DNA of 63,530 bases, filler included, from Octopus bimaculoides (Eukaryota), in NCBI RefSeq assembly GCF_001194135.2. It is 5 parts of 5 records of this genome, joined end to end, with 100 filler letters (N's around TTAATTAATTAA, not from the genome) between each part and the next. Parts side by side here need not be neighbours in the genome. Positions count along the whole stretch, not along the records: positions 29,058 to 60,257 come from NC_068983.1; positions 60,358 to 63,530 come from NC_068991.1; 3 more parts are not named here. One strand, 5' to 3'. Position numbers and translations under genes: made by a program. Below the pieces are notes generated by a model. It was not told the DNA's origin and searched no databases. It saw only the letters and a list, made by a program, of their open reading frames with translations. Shown here piece after piece: positions 52,591 to 63,530 of the stretch; position 1 is the stretch's first letter; the number at the start of each line of letters is the position of its first letter.

Positions 52591-53299
52591 TGTCAAGATT
52601 AAGTTACCCCAAGAGACGCGTTTAAAATGCTCAGTGGATTCCATGAAAGGGGAACTGAAGAGCCATCCCATGTCAGATATCTCTGACCCCCATTGGCTTT
52701 TATTAATCTTCAGATACATGTTGTATATGTCAGTCAATAACATCAATGTAGTTAAGAGATCTGCATCTTCTATCAGAGTGCAAAAGTCTCCAAATTAGAA
52801 CATCAAATATGGCGTAGCACTCAGCAAAATAGGGGTGGCCAGTAAAGCCAACCCTGCAATGATTAAAGATGGGCAAAATGACCATCGTCATTGTCGTCAT
52901 TTAATGTCCAGGTTTTCATGCTCACATGGACTGCATGGAATTTGTTGAGGCAGATTTTGTACAGCTGGATACCTCTTTTGTCACCAACCCTCATTTGTTT
53001 CCAAGGAAGACAATATATTTCCCATGGCCACATATTTTTTCATGGAAGACTGGAAATAAACAACAATGCTGTATGACAATGATGTTTCTTTACAAACATC
53101 ACATAATGTCAAGGAAAGGGAAAACACACACACACAATGGGCTTCTTTCAGTTTTCATCTACCAAATCCACTCACAAGGTTTTGTTTGCCAGGAGCTCTA
53201 ATAGAAAACACTTGACTAGGAAGTCATGCAGTGGAATTGAACCAGAGATCATCAGATGGCTGGGAAATATGTTTCTTAGCCACACCTGCACCTATGAAT

Positions 53300-53560
53300 A
53301 GGTTCATAAATTTCTCCATTATATTTGTACTCATGCCACAAGATATTTTGAGATATTGTGAGAAGCCTAATACATATGTATCACCAAAATAATCTTGAAG
53401 TTCCTTCTTCATGGTTTAAGTTTTGACACCATAGAGACAAATATTCTCTATACATGCTCCAAAGAAAGACAAAACCGTTGTCTTTGAAATACTTGATGGC
53501 CAGATATTTTGTGAAGTGTTCTCGCACAGCATAGCATAGATGGTAGCAGTTAGCAATGCA
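53300..53560 (-). mobile_element. Old RTE/RTEX LINE post-RT relic
   Basis: SFFGACIENICLYGVKT*TMKKELQD resembles the RxCVESILLYGxETWTxxK motif. Confidence 0.55.
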
Positions 53561-53995
53561 GCATATGTCACACAAAAGAAGAAAAAAAATTCTTTAAAGA
53601 AACAAGGTTTTAATTCAAACTAGTAAGTGAATTTCACAATTTATCTCTAATAGGAACAGTCAGCTGATTATAAATGCAGCATTTGCCCTCATGAATCTTG
53701 AAATATTCACACACACAAACAAATTAAAGATAAATATAATAAACTTTGATGATTATAAGCAGCAAAAGAATGCCATCATTGATTGCACCAATGATTTTTT
53801 TCTCCTTCATAACAAAAGAAGCCAAGAAGTCTACAATTTTTCACATATAACCATGTTTGTGCATGTGTGTTTGCACGAGTGTGCGCACACATTCATATAA
53901 TTATGTATTCATATACATATATGCAAAGATGTAGAAATGCATGTATTTATACACATGCACACATATACACATAAATACACACACACACACGTGTA

Positions 53996-54853
53996 GTCTG
54001 ATCAATAAGTATCCGGACTGTTGCCATAGTAACGAAGCTAAAGCATGCAGAGTAAAGCCATTTGGCAATGATTGACCTTGAACTCTGCTGTGCATGTGCA
54101 CTAAGTTTTAATGTTCTGGCTCACTTCTGCTGTTTACAGCAATGCTTGGAAGGAACACGTGTAGTGTGTGATTGTCACATTGACCGTGACAGAGAAAGTT
54201 TAGCAGAGAATCTGCATCAAATTTTGCCAAAAGCTTGGCGATACCTGCTCAGAAGCCTATGCAAAGTTTTCATCATTCTCAACACAATCAAGGAGATCTT
54301 GTGCAACTGAAACCCAAGTGTCCTTTTGGTCAGCTGAAAGCAGTTTGGCTCAAACTTGGCAGACACACATCTCTTACCCAAATCTACAGTGACAATGGAC
54401 TGAACTCAGCCATAACTGATCCGCAACATCCTCTGATAACTCATGGATGGTGATTCGACGATTTCCCCACAAAACTGCACATGCATCTGCAATGTCTTTC
54501 TCAGTTCTGCTGGTTGCAGGTCTCCCAGAACATTTGTCACTATCGACATTTCCTCGGCTGTCTGTGAAACATATGAACCACTCATATTCTTGTGCGCAGC
54601 TCATACACTCCTCTCCATACACTTTCTACAACTTTGCATAGGCCGCTGAGCAGTTGTTGCCACGACAACCCGTGACGATCACAGGCTACACACCTTCCTT
54701 CCAAGCACTGCTGTAAACAGCGGAAGTGAGCTAGAATGTTAAAACTTAGTGCACATGCACAGCAGAGACCAAGGTCAATCTTTGCCAAGCAGCTTCACTC
54801 TGCGTGCTTTAGTTTTGTTACTATGGCAAACAGTCCGGATACTTACTGATCAG
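53996..54853 (-). mobile_element. Non-autonomous mariner derivative with two 5' ends (fold-back)
   Basis: Long inverted arms. Minus arm encodes YGEECMSCAQEYEWF..SGRPATSRTE..NRRITIHELSE..LLSADQK..ENDENF; plus arm encodes QRICIKFCQKLGDTCSEAYAK (mariner N-terminal HTH). Confidence 0.85.
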
Positions 54854-54955
54854 AGAGAGATATAGATACAGAGAGAGATATAGATAGAGAGAGATATAGA
54901 TAGAGAGAGATATAGATATATACATACAAATATATATATACATATAGACACACAC

Positions 54956-54986
<31 letters not shown>

Positions 54987-56109
54987 CAGATTTATATGAA
55001 TGTGTATGTGTGTACACGTGTGTAATACATTGGCAGATGAAAAGATGTTAAGACTAAAAGAACAAATTCTTCTAACCAGCTAAACTGTAATAATACCATA
55101 ATACTCAACACATTAAAGAAACTTTGATGGTATACAATAAATGTAAGAGAGAATGTATTTGATAAAACAATCCGAAAGATGTATATTTTGTACTAGCATT
55201 TTTTTCTTTTTTGTTATTTCAATATTCATATTATTAACTGAATGTTTGGTGTCAGTAGTAGAGGTGTGTGTGTGTGGTGGTTGTGGTGGATGGAAGATGA
55301 CAGCAGAACAGAAATATTTATCGCTATGGAATGGTAACCAAAACAAGTAGATCTACATCCAAATAGCAAAATAGATTTCAGGTTCATCCGAATTGCGCAA
55401 GTGGAATTTTTTTTTTTTTTTTTTTTTTCACTTTTTATTTTTCTTGATTAAACAAACTGCAAAGATGGAAGTATTGGGAAGAATGTAAAACTTATATAAT
55501 GTTTGTTCATTTGTTTTACACCTGTTTTCCCATGCTAGCACAAGTGTATCAGTCAATCATTCATCTTCTACGTTTTACCCATTTCAGTTATTGAACTCCA
55601 AGCAACCATGCTGGAGCACCACCTTGAGTGGTTCAGCTGAACAAAATGGTCCTAGTACTACAGTAACATATATTTTTAAACCCAGTACTCATTCTATCAC
55701 TCTCTTTTGCTGACCTGCTAGGTTATAGGGGCATAAACAAACCAACATTGGTTGCCAAACAGTGCTGGGGTTGCAAAGCACAAAGCCACATATGCACATG
55801 TATGTGTATATCTATCTTATGTGTGTGTGTATATAGGTGCAGGCGTGGCTGTGTGGTAAGAAACATGCCTCCCGACTATATGATTCCGGATTCAGTCCCA
55901 CTGTGCGACACCTTGGACAGGTGTCTTCTACTATAGCCTTGTGAGTGGATTTGATAGACAGAAACTGAAAGAAGCTCATTATGTGTGTGTGTGTCTTTGT
56001 CCCCCCATCACCACTTGACAACTGGTGTCGGTATGCTTACGACCCCATAGCTTTGTCTGTCCTTGTTTGTCCCCTCTATGTTTAGCCCCTTGTGGGCAAT
56101 AAAGAAATA

Positions 56110-56158
<49 letters not shown>

Positions 56159-56442
56159 GTTTCAAATTTTGGCACAAGGCCAGCAATTTTGGAGGAAGGA
56201 ATGAGTTGAATAAATTGACTCCAGTACTCAATTGTTACTTATTTTATCAACCCAGAAAGGATGAAAGGCAAAAATCAACTACGATGGAATTTGAACTCAA
56301 AATGTAATGAGTTGGGAGAAATTCCATAAAGCATGTCGTCCATCTGCTAAGAATTCTGCCAAAATGGTTTCGAGAAGAGAGAGTTAATGGATTTCATCGA
56401 CCCTAGTACTTGGTACTTTATTTTATTGATGTGAATCTTTAC

Positions 56443-56492
56443 CTCTGCAGTAATACAGACAGATGATATAAAACTGATGATACATAAAATTT
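56443..56492 (-). CDS. Candidate 50-nt exon (one frame EILCIISFISSVCITAE, hydrophobic), product unknown
   Basis: Long poly-T tract plus ttcctctgaaAG acceptor; GAG|GTAAAG donor. All three frames are open, so the frame is unknown. Confidence 0.25.
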
Positions 56493-56507
56493 CTTTCAGA
56501 GGAAAAA

Positions 56508-56543
<36 letters not shown>

Positions 56544-57349
56544 ACGCACAATGAAGATATTAAAAAAAGACTAAAAAAACAACTGCATAAATCCCTTGAC
56601 CTTCTGCGATATAGTATTCTACATTCAATTGATTGATTGATTGAGGGATTGGTTTTGTTGATGATGATGATTATGATGCTGATGATTGACAATGAATATG
56701 GGAGAAATAAGATTTTACATTTGTTTTTATTTGCTAGCCACTTACTTTTTTTTCTTTTCGCACTATGATATATTTTTTTAATTCTCTCTCTATCTCTTAC
56801 CAAGAACATTAGTAATCAATACTAAAAGATATGCCAATGCTCAATGAACATTCCATACACAATGTATAATATGGTATTATAACAGTCCATGCAGTAAGTA
56901 CTAAGCAAAATATTTTCAGATAAGTATATGATGGAGGGGAGGAGGAGTGATGAATCATTGAGTATCATCAAGCTCTATGTTACTCCTGTGTGTATGTGTG
57001 TGTGTGTGTGTGNNNNNNNNNNNNNNNNNNNNNNNNNNNNNNNNNNNNNNNNNNNNNNNNNNNNNNNNNNNNNNNNNNNNNNNNNNNNNNNNNNNNNNNN
57101 NNNNNNNNNNNNNNNNNNNNNNNNNNNNNNNNNNNNNNNNNNNNNNNNNNNNNNNNNNNNNNNNNNNNNNNNNNNNNNNNNNNNNNNNNNNNNNNNNNNN
57201 NNNNNNNNNNNNNNNNNNNNNNNNNNNNNNNNNNNNNNNNNNNNNNNNNNNNNNNNNNNNNNNNNNNNNNNNNNNNNNNNNNNNNNNNNNNNNNNNNNNN
57301 NNNNNNNNNNNNNNNNNNNNNNNNNNNNNNNNNNNNNNNNNNNNNNNNN

Positions 57350-57403
<54 letters not shown>

Positions 57404-58228
57404 ATGACAATTGGTGCTGGTATATTTATGTCCCCATAACTTAGTGGTTCAACAAAAGAGACCTATAGAATAAGTGCTAGGGTTAAAAAAAGCCCTGAGG
57501 TCACTTTGTTCAGCTAAAACCCTTCGAAGCTGTGCACCAGCTTGGCTGTGGTCAAACGACAGAACAAAGTAAAAAAATAAGAGAATACCCACATGGTGTA
57601 TATATACACAATACATACATATACCCACACATACACAAGTTCTTGCTCTCTCTCTATCTTTCTCTCTCTCTCTCTATCACCTTTTAACCTCAGCTCTTAG
57701 TTTCTATCATTATTCCCTCGCAACTAACTTAGCTCTTATTCATTGTCATCATTTCGCATGAGTTAAATGGTTTGACCAAAACTGTTAAGTTGGAGAGCTG
57801 CATCAGGTTCCATTCTGATTTGGCATTGTTTTTATGGCTGGATGCCCTTCCAAATGCCAACCACTCCAGGAGTGTAATGGGTGCTTTTTACATGGTAACG
57901 GCACAGGTGCCAGTTATGTGACACCAGCATTGGCCATGGCTACCACAGCACTTCTCAAATACAGAAATTGCTAAGTAAAATGAGAAATACATTGTTAAAC
58001 AGACTCTGCTAACATGTCACAGGTGGGGGGATCACCTACCTAGAAACTTGCAAAGAAGCGGAAAAATGAAAAGAACAAAACAAAAACAAAAAAAAGACAA
58101 GACAGTCAGACAGGTATTTTCACTTTCATATTAGTGAGGTGAGACTGAATTAGTTGTCTCCATTCTCATCGAGGGATGAAGTGGAGACATAATCACTTCA
58201 CCCTCATTCCACGACTAAACTGATCTTC

Positions 58229-58647
58229 TACAGGGTGTCCACAAAGCCTGGGCACATGGGGATTAACACATACTTTACAAAATTATTATTTCTCTCGCAG
58301 TGGTTGTCGTTAGGATCACGGAGTGGTTGGTGTTAGGATCTCGGAGTGGTTGGCATTAAGAAGGGCATCTAGCTGTAGAAACTCTGCCAAATCAGGTTGG
58401 AACCTGGTGAAGCCTTCGGGTTCCACCAGTCCTCAGTCAAATCGTCCAACTCATGCTAGCATGGAAAGCGGATGTTAAACGATGATGGTGATGATGATGA
58501 TTTAATTGTTTATGTTATGATTTTATTTACTCCACGTACCCACATGGGGATTAACACATGCTTTAAGAAATTATTATTTCTTATATTTAATTGTTTATGT
58601 TATGATTTTATTTACTCCATGTAGCCAGACTTTGTGGGCACCCTGTA
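58229..58647. mobile_element. Tc1/mariner-type MITE with internal duplication and nested RTE tail
   Basis: TA-cagggtgtccacaaagcctgg ... ccagactttgtgggcaccctg-TA. Internal segment occurs twice, the first copy interrupted at ~58280-58500. Confidence 0.75.
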
Positions 58648-59579
58648 TACTAAACTGAACCAACCCAAGATTTTAGCTGTCACAGAAACTGAAATGCGCA
58701 TCACACACACACACACACACACAAAACAGAGTGCATCAGACACACACAAACCAATCATCTCGTATATCAGTCATGGATGAACTGCAGCCAGCTGGACTTT
58801 CTGAATGGCATGTTTAATTAAAATAATAAATAATGTTTATTAAAACTACCTTGAATTTTTTTTTAATAGTGCAGCCCACCTGATGATAAGCAACATCTCA
58901 TTCAGTAGTTTCTCAAAAAGAGGTTACTTGTGCTTGTTTAATTCAACCTGCTAGAAACAACAGCTAAATCTCCCTAAAACAAACAGTTTGTGGTTTTAAA
59001 AGGGAAAGGATATATTAGATGGTGTGGGCCTAGATTACAAAAAAGACAGAATTACATCTGGAATGCCTTTGCTTTGTACAACAATAAAAGTCACACAGGG
59101 ACAGACAGGAGCAAGCCTAGTTGTATAGTTAAGCAAGTCACTTTGCAACCAGATGGTTCCAATTACTGTCTTCATTGTCTGGGAACCCTGGTTGATTTGA
59201 ACAATATCTTGTGAGTGAAATTTGATAGATGGAAACTAAACAGAAGCCCAGTGAATGCACATGTGTTTCTGTATGTATATGTGTGCATATTGTTCATGTC
59301 CAGGTTTACATTTATGTTTACACTGGTCTAAAATAGGTAAAATAAGGATTGATGCAATTAAGTAAATTCTTGAAGATGGTGCAATTAATGACAAAAACCA
59401 CGAAATAAAAAGTAAATCACAAAAAAAAAATCTCAAACAAAGCTAACACAAGCATAGAAAGCTTGTATGCTCATGTGCACACGCACACACACACAGGAGA
59501 AAGAATGGTGGTCTAAATAGCATAAGAGATTTAAAAACAAAAAATACTTGTTGGTTTGGAGACAAACAACTGAGTATAG

Positions 59580-59935
59580 CACAAGTGGATGTGTGGTAAG
59601 TAGCTTGCTTACCAACCACACAGTTACAAGTTCAGTCCCACTACGTGGTACCTTAGGCAAGTGTCTTCTACTATATCCTCGGGCCGACCAAAGTCTTGTG
59701 AGAGGATTTGGTAGATGGAAACTGAAAGAAGCCCATCATGTGTATATGTTTTTGTATATCTGTGTTTGTCCCCCCACCATCGCTTTACAACCAATGCCGG
59801 TGTGTTTACGTCTTTGTAACTTAGCGGTTCAGCAAAAGAGGGTGATAGAATAAGTACTAGGCTTACAAAGAATAAGTCCTGGAGTTGATTTGTTTGATTA
59901 AAGGTAATGCTCCGGCATGGCCACAGTCAAATGAC
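59580..59935 (+). mobile_element. CpG-decayed SINE family B
   Basis: Colinear with 10171-10630, with many CG>TG/CA changes. Confidence 0.85.
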
Positions 59936-60357
59936 AAATAAATAAATGAATAACGGAATTACGTCACTGTATGATAAATGAGCTAGGAAACCAACTACAA
60001 TAGTTAGTTGTGAGACCCTGATTGAGAAGGTTTGGAAGAGATTCAGGTCCCCACAAAAGTTTTAAAGGTGATTGGGGGTAGAACACAATTTGCGTGTCTT
60101 TTTCATATCAAATAGGATGTGATGTGAGTTCCCTCTATTTTTAAGCTGGTAGAGTGCAATTTTGGAAAGATTTGACTACTATTTCTTGGAGATTAGGCAA
60201 CTATATATATATAGCCACTGCGTGGCACCTTGGGAAAGTGTCTTCTACTATAGCCTTNNNNNNNNNNNNNNNNNNNNNNNNNNNNNNNNNNNNNNNNNNN
60301 NTTAATTAATTAANNNNNNNNNNNNNNNNNNNNNNNNNNNNNNNNNNNNNNNNNNNN

Positions 60358-60705
60358 ATTGAGCTCTGTTTTTAGTATTGATCTAACTCGTCTATAGTAC
60401 TCTTTCTTTATTTTTTCTTTCATTTGTGTATGTTGTATCCTATCTAGTTCATTGACTCCTAAATACTTATATGGTTGGCTTTCGTCTAGTTCTCTTATTT
60501 CATTGGCTTTATCTAGTGTTATATTGCTACTTTTAACTAATTTTCCTCTTTTCAGGGTTGCTTTGGCACATTTTTCTAATCCGAATTTCATTTCTATTTC
60601 CTTTGTAAAGCCGTGTACTGTCTGTAGTAGTGTTTCTAGCTCTTTGTCGTTTTTTGCATATAATTTTAGGTCATCCATATATAGAAGGTGGCTGACGGTT
60701 TTATT
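60358..60705 (-). mobile_element. Dong/R4 reverse transcriptase fragment, uninterrupted, containing the YMDD motif
   Basis: SHLLYMDDLKLYAKND..IEMKFGLEKCA..YKYLGV..KKEYYRRVRSILKTELN. Confidence 0.9.
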
Positions 60706-60715
60706 ATAATACCCC

Positions 60716-60825
60716 TATACCTACTGGGATTCATTTTACCCGTACTTTCCGTAGTCCGTAATTCAATGGCTAGGTTCTGGTAGTTTACTATTTTTCTATA
60801 CCTTTCACTTGGTCCTGGCATCTTA

Positions 60826-60876
<51 letters not shown>

Positions 60877-61215
60877 TATTATAATTATTATCATTTTTAT
60901 TTTTTCATATACACACAATAGATTAAACTGTTGGAAAAGAAAAAATCTTGACATCGGGCTACAAGTAACCTTAGATGCCAATAACCCTCTTAAGGATCCT
61001 AGCTGTCCCTAATAACACTGTTTACTGCATCTGTACTAAACTGGGTTTTATGCCTACATCCTCTATCCACTTGTTCAAATGTTTAGGCGTAGTTCCCAAT
61101 ACCCTTATACCTTCTGGGATACATTTTACCTGTACTTTCCGTAGTCCGTAATTCAATGGCTAGGTTCTGGTAGTTTACTATTTTTCTATACCTTTCGCTT
61201 GGTCCTGGCATTTTA
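60716..61215 (-). mobile_element. Dong/R4 3' end, same family as 14440-14700, with ~120-bp duplication
   Basis: Reverse complement matches ..gttattggcatctaaggttacttgt..; 60716-60830 is near-identical to 61098-61215. Confidence 0.75.
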
Positions 61216-61234
61216 CTAATTTTTAAATTATTGT

Positions 61235-61560
61235 TATTGCCATTAATGTGACATTGAGGTATAAATGTACGAAGACCAATATGCACATCGTGAATAACCG
61301 TCTGATTAGGGTACACGAGGCACAGGCATCACAACCATATGTGCGCGACATGGTGATCTTATAACAAAATGAACAGCGCATGGTGCCCAGTTCGAATTTT
61401 CTTCAGGTTGAATAGCCCATCATGCTCAAAATGTCCCTCAATATGATTTGCTCAAGAATGATGAACAAAACACCCATGATTTTGATTATTCAAATCCCAA
61501 AGAATTTCTCTCAATACATGGCTTTGATGCTCCCCCCTCTACTTCAGATCGTGATCAGAG
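61235..61560 (-). mobile_element. Interspersed repeat family D including its 3' terminus
   Basis: Homologous to 1496-1756; ends in aataacaataa on the minus strand. Confidence 0.7.
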
Positions 61561-63530
61561 ATACACATATTGCCAACCTCTAAGGGTATTAGAAATAGTC
61601 TCTATATGCAATGCAGCACTAACCTGCTAAAATCGTTTTGTTAAAAGCAGATAGCAAGTGACTGTCGTGATTTGCTTATTGTTTAACAACTTATCTTGGT
61701 CTAATATGTGGTGACTTTAGATGAATACTTTACTTGCAACAGCGGTATGCTAGGTTCTTTTGCATTCTCTTTATTTTCAGAAAAAATATAAAACATCATC
61801 GGAGAGCAACGTTTTGACGTGTTGAAACAGATTTCAGAAAATAGACTCAGTATATGCTTGAAAGAGTAAGATATTCACAAAGCATTTGAAACTAAGATAG
61901 TTTCCATAATTGCTAGTTAATATATTCCAAAATTTCAATGTCCGCCGAGGCCGACTTTACCTTTTATCATTTCGGAGTCGATGAAATAAGTTCCAACCGT
62001 GTACTGAAGTCAATGTAATCGAATTACACCACTGTTGAAATTGCTGCCCTGAGCCAAAATATGAAACGAATATATTCCAACATTTTCAGTAGTGGAACGC
62101 CTCGTAAATTTCTGCTGGTTTCAATATTACTGTAAACAGATGCACGTCTGCTATACAATGAAATACTTTTATCACCTAATATGGGTTTCTTTTCGATAAC
62201 ATGGTAGATATTTGACAGAGGGTATCATCGTTCCATACTCATAACTCAATTATAGATATTAAAAGTTAAATTATAAAAGTAAGTAAAACACGAAATTTCG
62301 AATGTACAGTCATAAATGCGGTGAGCTTACATCAGCACCGAAACCCAAATACATTTTCTCTCACACACAGATAGAGTACACACACGTACATATAAATTCG
62401 TCTATGCATCCCTGCATGTATGTGTGTCTCTGTGAGTATGCGAGTGTGCGTATGTATCTATTTATTCAAACATGAGAAATCGCTATTTTGAATGTCAACC
62501 GAAATTATCGCACAATGAGAGACCACAGCTGGTAAAAGAATGATAAAAATCTATGCAGATACATGACTCGAGATCGTCACTGAATGCAAACGGTAACTCT
62601 GAAAACTTTTGACTAGATTTTATGGTTCTTGCTTCCATTTAATTAAATTCACCAACACATCTTAATAGTTGAATTTTTCTTTATTGCTTGCAGAAAAATT
62701 AATAAAAAACATTCGTTTTATTACTTCCATGTATACTTTTGATTTTACCTCGATCGCATTAGCATAGGTGGTCATCAGGCAATATATTTGCAGAATAAGC
62801 ATAAAAACAGATATGTAAGACGTAAAACTATCTCTTTTATTTATTACTTTTTTTTTTGGTTTTTACTATTTCCATTTCGAATCAATTGATGAATTAGAAA
62901 GACATTTATACAGTTTGATAGACTTCATGTGAATATAAAGGAAGAAAAACGATAGACTTTATATTATCAAGTATATAGCAGAGTACTTTCAAGGGTGGGC
63001 AACAAATGGCGTCTTTTTAGCTTTCGCAATGGTCGTGTCATTACACTAATTCTTTATTAGTAAGATCATTGTAAGGGATTTAATCGAGGATCATTCTACC
63101 AGAACAATCCCATTAGGTAATAACCACCATCTAGCAAAGATATTTATAAAGACATAATGATGTAAAAAAGAAGATATGTAATTTAATGTTTAAGATATAT
63201 TTATCTTATCTAATGTTAGCACAAATACGTACACAGTCATGCATAACAACATAGGAACACAGACAAACAGACAGACACACACATACACACACGGTTGCAC
63301 ACACACACGTACACATTCCCTCATATTTAAGGCAAAAGGCGGTTTGCTGAGAAACACATTTATACATACATAACACGCAAACACGCATGAATGTATGTAT
63401 ATGGGTTGAGTGCGTGTGTGGATGGTAATATGTACGTATGTAAAATTATATTTCTGAAAATAGTATACGCGTGTATGTCATTACATACATATAAACACGC
63501 ACGCACGCGCACACACACACACACACACAT

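Noticed and set aside
61781-61865. Strong acceptor (tttattttcAG) and GTAAGA donor
   Set aside because: Stops in all three frames. Could only be a non-coding exon, and there is no further support.

Overview
AT-rich, repeat-saturated animal DNA. The SINE families, Dong/R4 and RTE LINE relics and dense (TA)n/(CA)n/(TAA)n/(GA)n microsatellites look like octopus (inferred from recalled repeat families, not a database search). There are many N gaps, four containing an artificial TTAATTAATTAA linker. No host protein-coding gene is recognisable. Nearly all long ORFs in the track are microsatellite or gap artefacts; the protein-like ones are retroelement (RTE, Dong/R4, HERO-like) or mariner fragments. 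A few short exon-like segments are listed at low confidence. The most notable signal is a set of hammerhead-ribozyme (HHR) motifs: (i) an intact minimal type I HHR in a young composite element (Pol III tRNA-like head, (TAA)n, HHR tail, inverted terminal duplication) at 42.7-43.0 kb; (ii) two more Penelope-type HHR remnants; (iii) two motifs with hammerhead core strands in an unconventional 'crossed' order. Also seen: a CpG-depleted domain (~30-61.6 kb) suggesting a methylated gene body, an RFX X-box pair, a fold-back mariner with an X-box in its arm, stacks of Dong 3' ends in (TAA)n islands, and a pre-miRNA-sized hairpin. Repeat boundaries are approximate (+/-10-20 bp).
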